Both the position numbers and the translations under genes were made by a program. DNA of 64,000 nucleotides from the human T2T-CHM13v2.0 reference genome, Homo sapiens, in the NCBI RefSeq assembly GCF_009914755.1, contig NC_060925.1, one strand, 5' to 3'. The notes under the pieces are model-generated. The model had not been told where the DNA came from. It ran no database searches and saw nothing but the letters and a program-made list of their open reading frames with translations. This document shows positions 43,119 to 57,900 of this stretch, one piece after another. Position 1 is the stretch's first letter; the number at the start of each line of letters is the position of its first letter.

Positions 43119-43304
43119 CAGGGTTTCTCAGCCTCAGTACCACTGACATTGTGGGCTGGGTAATTCTTTGTTGTAGGGGGCATCCCTGGCCTCTCCACAT
43201 TAAAGGACTATAATATCCCTCTCCTGACTGTGACAACCAAAAATGTCTCCAGGCATTGCTAAAAGTCCCCTGAGGAGCAAAAGTGCCCCAGTTGAGAAGC
43301 TCTG
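43119..43304. mobile_element. MER20 (hAT-Charlie)
   Basis: cagggtttctcagcctc...tgacaaccaaaaatgtctccag...ccagttgagaagctctg. Confidence 0.85.
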
Positions 43305-44303
43305 ATCTAAAGGCACAGTTAGATCCCAGGTCTTGTGGTAAGGGAGGGGACCCCCCACTGTTCTCCCTCACTCCCATTGTGGCAGGCGCTTCTTTCTCCC
43401 CTACTCATGCCATTCGCCAGGCATCCGCAGCCCATACCAGTTCTACTGTTCCCTCTGCACCATCTCCCTCCACTCTAGGGGCAGAGCCAGGCGGCCCCAC
43501 AGGCATTCCTTATGTTGGGCATGTGTCAAGTCACCGGCCTAAGCTCCTTCATTAACATCACTTCACAAAACTCCTCCAAGGCAGGCACCATCACCCCAAT
43601 GAAACAGATAAACTCAAAGATTAAATCACTGAAGTCCTGCAACCAACAAGGGTCAGGGTCCAGCTTTGAAACTAAGTCAGAAGGCCCATGTCCAGCAGGC
43701 CTGGGCTGCCCAAGTGAGGTGGCCTTGGTCTACAGGTCCCAAGACTCTCACCCTCCAAGCCCGGGTGCCAGCATCAGACACCAGCTGGGCTAGGAGAGGA
43801 CCTCAAAAGCCATACCTGCTGCCTTTCCCCACTCTCCTCCCAGTCTTAAAAAGAACAGGTGCAGTGGCTTCCCTGTGTGGTCCGTGAGAGCCCTGGGCCC
43901 TCTGCAGGCTTTGGACATTTGGCGACATGGTTGGTGCACATGAGGCTGGTGATTCCCAACATCCAGTGCTTACCTTCCCCCAGCTGGGAGACCTTGAGGA
44001 GGTTATTCCACCTCTCCAAGCTCATTAATCCCTTCCCCCAACATCCCTGTGGAGTTGAAAGTGCTAGAAAATTAGGAATGCATATCTTTAGCGTTTTGTA
44101 TCATTTCAGTAAGTTTCCATAAAATCAGGCTTCCAGGCCACACTGGGGGAGCTTCTGAGCATTTATGACACATTTTATTCATCAGCCCAGAGCAGGGAGA
44201 TTTGACCTTGAAATGTGGATTGACTCAGAAAGACCCTAGCAACTTCCAGTGACCTTCAGGGAGTCAACACCCACGGTGCTGGAGGCATGGATAACTTAGC
44301 TGA

Positions 44304-44614
44304 TTTTTGTTTGTTTGTTTGTTTGCTTTGTTTGAGGCAGAGTCTCGCTCTGTCACCCAGGCTGGAGTGCAATGGCACTATCTCGGCTCACCACAACCTC
44401 CGCCTTCCCGGGTTCAAGCGATTCTCCTGCCTCAGCCTCCCGAGTAGCTGGGACTACAGGCGTGCACCACCATGCCCGGCTAATTTTTGTATTTTTTGTA
44501 GAGACGGGGTTTCACCATGTTGGCCAGGTTGGTCTCAAACTCCTGACTTCGTGATCCACCCGCCTCGGCCTCCCAAAGTGCTGGGATTACAGGCGTGAGC
44601 CACCGTGCCCGGCC
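44304..44614 (-). mobile_element. AluS (Sg-like)
   Basis: Full dimer with (TTTG)n tail. Confidence 0.95.
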
Positions 44615-44779
44615 AAATTTTTTTTAACGTTGCCAGCCATGCCTCGAACAGACCTCTGGAAGGTGAGAGGAGCCATCTGTTCTGGGTCAGGAGCCCAGGC
44701 AGAAGCTTGCCACGGCCTCAAGCACCATCCTGTGACCTCTTACAACCCCTGGGGCAGGTGCTACACGCATTATATGGAA

Positions 44780-45365
44780 ATTGATACACCTCAAACTTAA
44801 CGAGTCCAACCACAAACTCCCTGTCTTCCCCAAAAAAACTGCTTCTCCCACAGTCTTCTCCATTCAATTAACAGAAATTCCATCCTTCCAGTTGCTTGGG
44901 CCAAAAGTCTCAGCCTCATCCTTGACTTCCCCTTTCTCTCACCACTGCCTGACCTGCACACCATGACCTTTTGTCCAATTCATCAGGAATGCCCTCCTTT
45001 TAAATAGCCCAAGGGTCCAGCCACTTTTTACCAACTCAATGCTACCACCCAGGTCCAAACCATCACCACCCTCACCTGAGCTGTCCCCACAGCCTCTCAG
45101 CGGGGCTCCCTGACCCTGGCTTGACCCTCCCTGTCTGTTCCAAACACTGCAGTCAGAGTGGTCCCATTAAAATGTAAGTCAGATCTTGTCAATTCTCTAC
45201 TCCAAGCCCTCCTCTTGCTCCCATCTCACCCAGGGTAAAGGCCACACTCCTCAGGACGGTCTACAAATCCCTGCAGAGCCAGACCCGCCTCCCCTGTGAC
45301 CTCACAACCCCGCCCACATGATCCCTCCACTCACTGAATCAGCCTCACAGGCATCCTCTCTGCTC
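44780..45365 (+). mobile_element. L2 fragment
   Basis: cctcaaacttaac...tccatccttccagttgct...aaaatgtaagtcagatc. Confidence 0.75.
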
Positions 45366-45371
45366 CCAGGC

Positions 45372-46178
45372 CTGCACCGTCCAGTGTGAGGACACGAGCC
45401 ACGTGTGTCCACTGAGCCCCTGCAACATGACCAGTGCAACTGGATTTTAAGTCCATTTCATTTAAAATTAAATATAAAAAGACACTCCACTCTTTTATTG
45501 GAAAAATTTTAAGTACGTTTTCAACAACTTGAGTGTGTGAATCTATTCTTTTTTTTTTCTCGGACGGGGAGTCAGGGTCTTGCTCTGCTGCCCAGGCTGG
45601 AGTGCAGAGGCACACGCATGGCTCACCACAGCCTCAACAGCAAGCTATCCCCCACCTCAACCTCCCAAGTAGCTAGAACCACAGGCATATGCCACACACC
45701 CAGCTAATTTTTTTTTTTTTTTTTTTTAGAGAGATAGAGTCTCACTGTGTTACATTACCCAGGCTGGACTCGAACTCCTGGCCTTAAGCAATCCACCTGC
45801 CTCTGCCTCCCAAAGTGCTGGGATTACAGGTGTCAGCCACCATGCCCAGCAAGTCTGTTCTTTTAATTGTAAATTTTATAAACTCTAAATACAGATCAAG
45901 TATCTCCAATGAAAACTTAATGTCTGATTGAGATATGCTGTGTCAGAGACACACCAGATTTCAAAGACTTAGTACAAAAAATAAAGTGTAAAAGATCTCA
46001 ATAATTTTTTGTATTGCTTGCACATTCAAATAATAATATTCTGGCTATGTTGGGTTAAATTAAAAATATTATTAACATGTATAATTCTACTTTTCTCTTT
46101 TCACTATTTTTAATATGGCTACTCAGGAATTTAAAATGACAGCGGTAGCTCCCATTTCGTGTCCACCGGACAGTGCTG
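45372..46178. mobile_element. Charlie1/MER33-family DNA transposon remnant interrupted by an Alu
   Basis: gcaccgtccag...ggacagtgctg termini; internal acaccagatttcaaagacttagtac. Confidence 0.7.
45549..45850 (-). mobile_element. AluJ
   Basis: Diverged dimer; tctattcttt/tctgttcttt flanks. Confidence 0.9.
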
Positions 46179-46314
46179 TCTACAACACACCAGGCATGAT
46201 CCCCCCTCAGGGCCTTCACCTTGCTATTCCTCTTCCCCCAGGTGGCTGGATCCCTCACCACTTCAGATCCTCCAATAGACATCACCTTTTTGGTAAGGCC
46301 TTCCCTGAGCACTT

Positions 46315-46626
46315 ATTTAATTTATTTATTTATGTGTTTATTTTTAGAGACAGGGTTTCACATGTCACCCAGGCTGGAGCACAGTGGCGTAATCACAGCT
46401 CACTGCATCCTCGAATTCCTGGGCTTACGGGATCTTCCCACCCCAGCCACCCAAGTAGCTAGGACTACAGGTGCACACCAATGTACTCAGCTTTTTTTTT
46501 TTTTCTGTAAAGATGAGAGTCTTGCCATGCTGTCCTGGCTGGTCTCAAACTCCTGGCTTCAAGCAAGCCTCTTGCCTTGGCCTCCCAAAGTGCCAGGATA
46601 ATAGGCGTGAGCTACCATGCCTGGCC
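46315..46626 (-). mobile_element. AluJ
   Basis: Dimer with (TTTA)n tail. Confidence 0.92.
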
Positions 46627-46639
46627 CTAAGCACTTCTT

Positions 46640-46970
46640 TATTTGTTTTATTTGTGGTTTTTGTTTTCTGTTTTTGTTTTTGTTTTTGTTTGAGACCAGG
46701 TCTCACTCTATTCCCCAGGCTGGAGTGCAGTGGCACGATCACAGCTCACTACAGCTTTGACCTCCTGGGCTCAAGCGATCCTCCCACCTCAGACTCCCAA
46801 GTAGCTGGGACCACAGGCACGCACCACCATGCCCAGCTAATTTTTTGTTTTGTTTAGAAGGCGTCTCACTATATGGCCTAGGCTGGTCTCAAACTCCTGA
46901 GCTCAAGCGATCCTCCTGCCTCGGCCTCTCAAAGTGCTAGAATTACAGGCATTAGCCACTGCACCTAGCT
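46640..46970 (-). mobile_element. AluJ
   Basis: Dimer with (TTTTTG)n tail. Confidence 0.92.
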
Positions 46971-46999
46971 CTGAGCATTTATTTAAAATGACCACTCTC

Positions 47000-47682
<683 letters not shown>

Positions 47683-47966
47683 TTATTGATGATGACAATG
47701 ATGAAAGGAAAAGAGATGTCTTTTTCCTGTTATCTAACTCTGGCTGTAAAATTAGTTGGGGCCTTAACAGATTGGGATCTAAGACTTGTCAATGGAGTAA
47801 GAAGTTGTATCTTGGAGGGAAGAGGCTCTTCATAACACTCATCATAGCACTTATCACCATCGAACATAATATATAATTAACTTAGATAGTTTACTATCAG
47901 GCTTATCTATTAAAATGTAAATTCGTGACAGCAAAGATTTTTCTCTTTTGTGGGTTTTTTCTACTA

Positions 47967-49048
<1,082 letters not shown>

Positions 49049-50959
49049 TATATCTGTGATGCCTAGAACAATACACTGGCACATAACAGGCATTCAATAA
49101 CTTTGTCAAATGAATGAAATTATTTTTCCGCCTGGGCTGGCTACTCAGCTGGAAGTTTCTAAGTGTCTAGCATATGGTAGGTGCTTGACAGATGCCTACT
49201 GAATGTCAGGCTGATCTGTTAGCAGGGTCATTGGGGAAACTGAGGCAGCTTAGCTGAGTGATCCCACAGAGAGCAAAAGCAAGCGCCAAGGGTCCTTGAG
49301 TCAGACGTGGTGCCTCCTCCCGCTGCCACCCATGCTCCCTCTCCCCGCCCTGAGGGAAGCTCCCCTGAGCCCAACAGCCTCAGGTACCTCGGGGAAAAGT
49401 ACATTTCTTTTCCTTTCCATAGACTTTTATTCTCCCAGTGAGAAGACAAATCTGTTTCCCCTCCACCAGAAGGCCTCAAGCCACAGCTACTTACATTATA
49501 GTAATTAAATCCCTGCTGCTAGGAGGGTTCAGGAGACAAGCAGGACTCGTGCCAAGGGCTGGCCTGCAGGGAGGAGGCAGCAGGGAGGGAGGCTGGCCAG
49601 AAGGGCCTGTCTCTCAGCTGTCTCCTGAGAGTGAGAAAATCCCCTTAGCCACGATGTCTTCACAGGCTTTCGCTTGTGGGATAGGAAGATAACGCCCCCC
49701 GCAGCCCACCCTGCCAACATGCACCATCGATGAGGACCCCCGCCAGCTGGAATAGCGTAGCTTTCTTCCAGTTCTCTCCGAAATTCCATCTGGTGCTCAC
49801 GACCTTCCCGCAGATGGCCAGTGCAGGAAACATCCCCTCCTCAGGCTCCTTCTCTCACTCTCTAGATGACAAAACAGAGGACCAGAAACTAAGCTGCCCC
49901 ACACCTAGCCTAGGATGCTTCTCCTCACCTGCAACTCAGCTGGCCTTCACAGAGCGCTCCATGTGTGCCAGAAACCATGTCCTCTGCCTTACAAACAGCA
50001 ATATCTCATTAACTCTCATGACAGCCCCAGCGGCCAGGTTAGGATTCACCCCCATGGAAACTGTGAATCAAAGCACTGAGACAGCTTCCCAAAGCCACAC
50101 AGCCTACAGTAAGTGACACAGCCAGCGCTGTACCCAATATCTGCTTGGCACTAAAGCCTGTTCTCCTAACACCAGGCTAGATAGCCCATATAGAAGAATC
50201 AGAGGATGGCCTGGGAGACAGATATGAGGGAGGATGGAAGAAGTGAGGGTGAGATGGACCTTCAGGAAATGGGGGGAAGGGGAGCAGACGGAGGCGTGGG
50301 ACACCAAGTCTCAGGCTTGTGGGTCAAACCCAAGCCACATGTGTGTGCCCTTGTCTCTCGCAAAGCTCACATCAGACCTGTTGTTACTTGTTCAGTGCCT
50401 GCCTCCCCCACCAGCCTGTGAGCTCCATGTCTATTTGGTGCTGAACCCCCAGAACCAACCAGAACACGCCAGGCAGTGCCCTTGTCTCATTTATTCCTCA
50501 TGACACCCATTCTCATGAGAGAGAGAAAACACTGTTAACCCCATTCACAGACCTGGAGACTGAGGCTCAAAGAGGTCAGTTTTCTCAACAAGGCTGCACA
50601 GCCGAGAAGCCACAGAGCTGCGGCAAGAACACTAGGACGCATGCTGTTGAGGGCTCGGGTGGCCCCTCCAGGGCCCACAGGAGACTTTCCTCAGCCCCAG
50701 AGCCCAGCACGGCACCTGGAGCTTCAGCAAACCCCTGTATCTAAACTGCCAGCATCCTCCTCCCCTCCTCCCTCTACCCTTACCCCACTCCATGAGCACA
50801 AAACATCCCCTGAGGCTCTGGGGGAGGCTGGCAGGGGACTGAGGGTGGCACAGTAAGGGGTGGGGTGGGCGGGAGTGGAGAGCTCAGGCAGGGCAGGAGA
50901 AGCTTTTTGGCTTGAAAGAGCCCAGTCTAGGATCTGATATGCAAAAGCATGTCTGCTGC

Positions 50960-51172
50960 ACAATGTGAGGGCGTCGGAGACACTCCCCTGTGTGCAAATC
51001 CAAACTCCACCACCTCCCAGCTGTGAGACCCTGAGCAAGTCACTTAAACTCTCGGAGCCTTGGGTCTGTCATCTGTAAAACGGGGAGAATTATATCTACC
51101 TCACAGGGTTGTTGTGAGGACTTAATGAGATGAGGTGTGTAAACACACATAGTAGGCCCTTAATAAATATTC
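50960..51172 (-). mobile_element. MIR
   Basis: gcaagtcacttaaactctcggagcct...catctgtaaaacggg...tacctcacagggttgttgtgagga. Confidence 0.85.
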
Positions 51173-52074
51173 TCTTCTCCACCGCCTGTCACCTCTTCAC
51201 TCCTGAATAAGACCCGGTGTTGCTTTGGAGTCATTCTTACGGAAGGAAAAATAAGTTCCCATGTAATGAGAGCGGTGCCTTCCCCCAAGCTGCTGTGGAC
51301 ACAGGCTTTCTTTCTATATGATCCCGTCCACCCACCAGGAAACCCTCATGACTCAACTCCATCCTAGACTTGCTCTCAGCTTGCATCAATTTCATTTCAC
51401 TCTTAAGGGATCTTTCCATCGCTGGCACATAGTGTGCACCCCGTCAGGTGTCTTCTGCCAAAATGCCCTCCCACCAGGCTCAGCACCATTACTCTCCCAG
51501 AGCAGGGGAAAGCATCTTGGCAGAGCTTAACACCAGGTCCAGCCCAGAGCAGGAGGGGCTGGGAACCATGGGCCCAGCTGTGAGGGACCTTGCATGATCC
51601 CAAGGCCACTGAGCTCTCAGAAGAAACAACCAAGGTAAAACCCACCATTGCCCAGCATGGACAAGAGCCCCCTGGGTGACAGCTCTGGCCCACGTTGAAT
51701 TCTTCACCTCTCCACCCACAAGAGGAATTAAAATACCACCTCCCAAATAAAGGGGCCGCTGCGCAAGGCCACACAGCCAAATAGCCAGGATTTGAATCCA
51801 GGTCTATGGGGAAAGCCTGTGCTCTCTTAGGAAGAGTTGGTGGAGAACAACACATCTGGCTGGGGAGAGACCCCCCTGGAGTCTGTAAGGCACAGATTCT
51901 CTGCACTCCTGCCGCCTGGAGCAGGGCTTGCCACACAGTGGGTGTTCAGGATATGTTTCCAGAAGAGGGATGGGAGAAACAAAAAGAGAGGAAGAACTAA
52001 AACCAGGAATTCCAGGATTCCAGCTATGCCCCTGCCACTAACAATGCTGAGTAGCCTCGGACAAGTCATGTAAC

Positions 52075-52198
52075 TTTTTTTTTTTTTTTTTTGAGACAAG
52101 GTGTCACTATGTTGCCCAGGCTGGTCTTGAGGTCCTGGACTCAACCGATCCTCCCGCCTCAGCCTCCCAAAGTGCTGGATTACAGGTGTGAGCCACCA
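52075..52198 (-). mobile_element. Alu monomer (FLAM-like)
   Basis: Poly-T followed by a single arm. Confidence 0.85.
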
Positions 52199-53032
52199 CA
52201 TAACTTCTATGGGCCTTGGGGTCCTATAAGGAGGAGGATGGTCCTTTCCCTGCCTTCCTCACAGGGCTGGGAGGCATATGCAGGGATCTTGCCCACCCAG
52301 GCTAGCACACCTGGCTGGCCTACAGAGCTTGGCCATCTAGGGCAGGTATGGTGCCCCCCTGAGGAGGCCTCCCCTGCATCCTCCACCAATGCCATCCAGC
52401 TCTGAGCCCTCCAAAGGCGGTGGCTCAACCCTGAGCAACATGCCTACCCCAAGCCCTCACCTTGGGAGAAGGTAACATCACCCATGCAGGCAGCTCCGGC
52501 CATTCCCATGTATGGGAGATTTTTGGGGAGCCAACATCTTACCCACTGGAAGCCAGAAAAGAAAGAAAATAGCTAAACTCCAATTCGTTAAAATCAGAAA
52601 TCTCAAAAGGGGTTTTGCTCTGCAAAAATCGCTGCTAGTGGAAGCTTGCGAGGAGGCAGGCTGATGCCAACTCAGGCAAAGGGGCTAGGAGGAGCCACCA
52701 CTTGCTGGCAGCCCAGGAGCACCCACAGCCAGGCTGGCCACTTGACCAACCACTAGCAAGTGTCATCCTCCCCAGGTTAGTGGATGCCAGTCTCCCCACA
52801 TCCATTACAAACGGGGACACTGAGGCTCGGAGAGTTTGAGGCACAGAGCTTAAGGAAAACCAACGGTGGCAGATGGACCAGAATGAGCAAGGGCAGCCTC
52901 TCCCTGCCTCCCTGCAGGGCCCCCTCAGCTCAAAGCCACTGACAGGTCAGCAAGGTTCAATGGCTCAAGCCAGGCAACAGGTCATCTGCTTCCTCCTCCC
53001 TACCTACTGGGTAACCTGGGCAGGGCACCCAC

Positions 53033-53050
53033 CTTTATAGGTCTCTCCAT
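53033..53050 (-). CDS. KCNN3: Coding end of alternative first exon (SK3-1C type): MERPIK, joins exon 2 in frame
   Basis: Minus strand reads ATG GAG AGA CCT ATA AAG|GTGGGT. Phase 0 matches exon 2, and I recall MERPIK as the N-terminus of the short KCNN3 isoform. The 5' end of the exon cannot be defined from sequence. Confidence 0.85.
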
Positions 53051-54212
53051 CTATAACCTGAAGCAAAACACCAAACAACTGTCCTTGCAGATGTCGCGTG
53101 GCAGGCCTGGTATCAGCAAGCTCTAAGGAGTAGGTGCCAGCTCAGTCCCTGTAAGGAGTGTCCTTTAAGCTGACTTTCCTGTTCATTTGACACTGAGCAG
53201 CACTCCTGTCCTTTAAGAAAAATGCCCAACAAGCTGACTCAAAAATAACAGATGCCAATTTGCATATTATTTCACACATCATTTGCATGCTGTTCATTTA
53301 GTATCATCAAGGCTCTGCTCAGAATACAACTCTGGTTACCCTGTGCCCAGGGCTTGTGAAACAGATATGGCTTCCACAAAGGGCAAGCCCTGGGCACGTC
53401 CCTCCCCTGCCCAGCTGCTCTTGCTGCCTGCCCCCTGGCACCTGGCTGGGAACGTCACCCACTGCCACAGCCCTGGTGCTCCAAGCAGGGTGAAGGGGCA
53501 GAAAGAATCTTTAGAATTCTAGAAAGCACCCTGACTCAAGTCTTGAAGGGGAAATTGTGTTCTCTTGACGACGCATCAGGCAAGCTGTGGCAATGCTTTT
53601 CTTCCCTGCTTCTGTCCCAGGTCAGCTTCCTAGTTCGGCTCTCCCTGTGGCCCTACTCTCTCAGCCTTTTTCTGCCTGGTCATCGTGTGTCCCCCTGACC
53701 TTCCTCCAGGCCTCTCAGCCTCTGGCCTGGCCCCACGGGTTTATTTTTGTTCTCTCTCCACCTGTCCGATTTGCATGTCCACACCCGGTTAGCTCTGCCC
53801 AGACCACAAATTGCTAACTGAGTGTAGAATAACAGGGCCCCATGGGGTAAGAAGGCTCCAGAAGTCCAGCCCAGGCCACCACTGCAGCCCTGCCCTCCGG
53901 AGAACAGCCCACTTCCTTTTTACTCACAGAGATTCACCCAACAAGGTCTATCCAGAAACATGACTGGGGAGCTTGTCACGGACGGGAAGCCATTTGGCTC
54001 ATGAGAAAAGGGGCATGTTCCACACGTGCTCTCCAGGCAGGGACACCTGCAGACAGTGGAGGGGTGACATGGGCGCATATGCCCCTCCTGTCTTGATGCT
54101 CCAGGTGGCATCTTCTAACCACCACTCTAATAAAGGCAACAGTTGCCAGCTGCTGAGACCCAGTGTGTGGCTGGCTCTGTGGTGGCTGCTGTGCTACAGC
54201 CAGTAGTTGTGA

Positions 54213-54935
<723 letters not shown>

Positions 54936-57900
54936 TAGTCCTTCAGGGACCCCCCAACCTCCTACAGGGAATCCACCCAGCATCCCCAGTCTGAGTCACT
55001 GTCTCCTTCCTCAGTCCTCCCAAGCACCAACACCATAAACCACCATCCGCCTGGGATGGATGCCATCTGGGTGCTGTCTGACACCCCTAAGAACAGGACT
55101 CTCCGGACTGTGGCTGCTCATCCTCGTGATGAAACATGATCTGGAATCAGATTGCGAAGCCTCGGCACAGGAAGGGAGTTCAGCTCCTGTTTTTAGGCCA
55201 GAGAAACGAGGCCCAGAGAGGGGAAGGGACTCGACAAAGATCACACAACAAGCTGGAAGCAAGAGGCAGAAGCACCTCCTGAGGGGCTCAAAGCAGAGAC
55301 GGGCCTTTTCTCGGCACTCACTGCCCATGACAGAGCTCAACAGAGGCATGAGGCACAGACAGGGACGCAGGAAAATGGGACTCAAGAATGAAAAAGAAAC
55401 TTCTAGAACCAGGAATGGAGAAGCCCTTCGAGGTCCCTCACTCAAATCCCCAGCAGAAGTTTGTGGTGGGGTTTGGAATAGGGAAATCAGAAGTGTACTG
55501 AGACCTGAGCTCTCATTCTAGAACCCTCTCTTTCCTGAGATGGGCACCTGGAGTGAGTCACTCAACCCTGGGAACCCCTGTGCAGCCGAGTTTTCTCATC
55601 CCTGAGATAGTTGGTCATCATGAGCCCTGGGCCAGCCACCGTGAGGGTCATGAGGGACCCAGGGGTGAAAATGCCTTGTAAGATGTAAGATGCTGAGCTC
55701 ATGTGACTGTCCCCCGATAAACAGCCACACAGCCAGTGCTGGAGGAGAAAGGCAGCCTAAGAGAAGAGCAAGGTGGAGGTGAGGGGTGAGAGAGTTATGT
55801 ATGGACATGTCCAGTCAGGTCTAGGGGTCCTGCTGGCCCTCCAGGGGTGGAAGGTGGGGGTGCTAGGGGCTGTGGAAGGAGCTTTTGCAGGAAGGGCTTT
55901 CATTTTCCCTGTATTCTCCACACCTACCCTCCTCACAACCTGCCCGGTATCACCCTGAGGGCAGCAGCACCAGACCCCAGAGAGGAGGCATCAAGAACTG
56001 ACCTTGGGCCAGTCCACAATCTCACCCTGATCCCAGGCCAACCTGGGGTGCCCACACTTGCCCTGGCCACCCCTCCAGCACTGTCTTCTCCAGGACCTGC
56101 GCCAGCATCTCCCGCCCTCCATCAAGCCCTTCCTGCCCAGCTCGTGGTAAAGTTCCTCCTGTTCCAACATTTTGCATCACGGGTCTCAGTGCCATAAACT
56201 CAATTTTTCTCTTTTAAGGATATGGGCAGCAGCAGGCAAGGGAAAGGGCATGAACTTGGGAGCTAAACGGGCTTGGGTTCTTATCTCAGTGCCACCACCG
56301 CTGGCAGTGTCAGTGTGGCCCGGTGACTTCATCTACACAGGGGGCGGTGAGCACGACCTGCTCCTTGTACTCCCGGGTGTAATGTAAAGCCAGCCCAGCA
56401 CTCAGCAAATGGTCCTTGCCTTCCCCTCTCCTGTCACTCAGCAACATCCCGGCCAGCCCAGCGAAGTGCTGGGTGACCAGAAAGTAGCGTGGTCCCTGCC
56501 CCCAGCTGCTCCTCCCCTCCTTTCCCTCAGATCCCAGCTGAGCTCCTGGGGGTGGAATGACAGGGTCGGGGGAGGGGGCACTTAAAAACCCATTCACCTC
56601 CTCCGGACTTTCCTCACCCGAAGAAAAGGCACTAGAATTTTCCTCCCTACAGCTCCTGGGAAAAGCACAGTCTCAGAATTCCCCACCCTCATTATTTAAA
56701 GAGGAATAGGTGCCTTGCTTTCTTGCTCTCCTTTTGGGGTTTTGAAAGAAAGAGAAGAAAAAGAACTACAAATGAATGTGCTGGCCTGCCTGTCACTGAG
56801 CTGAGTAAAGTGGTATTTCATCAATATACAGCCGCCCCTCACAACCCCCGCACACACTCATTTTCTCCCCCAAATGTGCTTCACAAATAACTGCAACAGA
56901 GCTGAAGCGCTCTATTCTGATCTTACATTTCCATCCAGGCCCCAGATTCTCTACAGAGGTTACTCAAATTTCTTTTCATTTTGACTTTCTTTACCTTATA
57001 TTTTTTTAAAGCAGATCTTTTGACCATGGCCTTACAAATCCCTCTTCCTAAAAGCACAATAAGAGAAATACGAGGCATCAGCCGCCTTTCTACTTAGGCT
57101 GTGCAGGAGATAAGTGCCCCAGCCAGGATGCCCCTGGCGGAGCACCTGGGTAATGCCGCCTGTGGGGAAGGGAAGTCCGGATGTGTGATGAAGTCTTTCC
57201 CCAGGACAGTTATAAATAGTGTGATGACACGCAAAGGAGAAGCATATATAAAAAGTTAGCTGTCCCCCTGTGGGTTACAGATGTTTGACTCATTTACAGA
57301 CTGTCCACAAAGATTATAAATAAAGTCACCACCACCCTGGGGCGGGTGGCGGAGAAGGCCATTTTCACGCTGTCAAAAGGCCATTTTCACGCTTGCCCTC
57401 CTGTGGGCCGACACACTCAGTGTGACCTGTGAAGACAAAATGTGTGCCTAGGGCCCTCGGCAGTGGGCTCGCAGGCTCTCAGCCAGTCTCCTGCCTTCTG
57501 CATCCTGGTCCTGCAGGTCACCCCACAGGGAGGGTCCATGGAAAGGGCTGGAAAGGGTCTATCCTACTCCTACTTTTCCACCATGGCCTGAAACACAGGC
57601 ACCAGTACCCAGAGGCATCTTCTCAAAAATACCAGGACACTGTGACAGCCAACAACCTATCCCAAAGCAGCACCTGGGTCCAAACAGAAGGTGCAGAGCC
57701 ACTTGGCTAGCCAAGCCTGCACTGCTGCTCTGCCCTTCTGCAGACAAGGCTTCCGTGACCAGGGAGAGCAGAGGATCAGAACTGGTTCCAGTGATACTAC
57801 TCAATCATTTGGTCTAGAGGCTGGGGATGGACTCAGGGACCTCTGTGAGGTCTGCAAAGAGACAGACAAGTTGGCCTTGGCCATTCTGTTTAAAGAGTGA

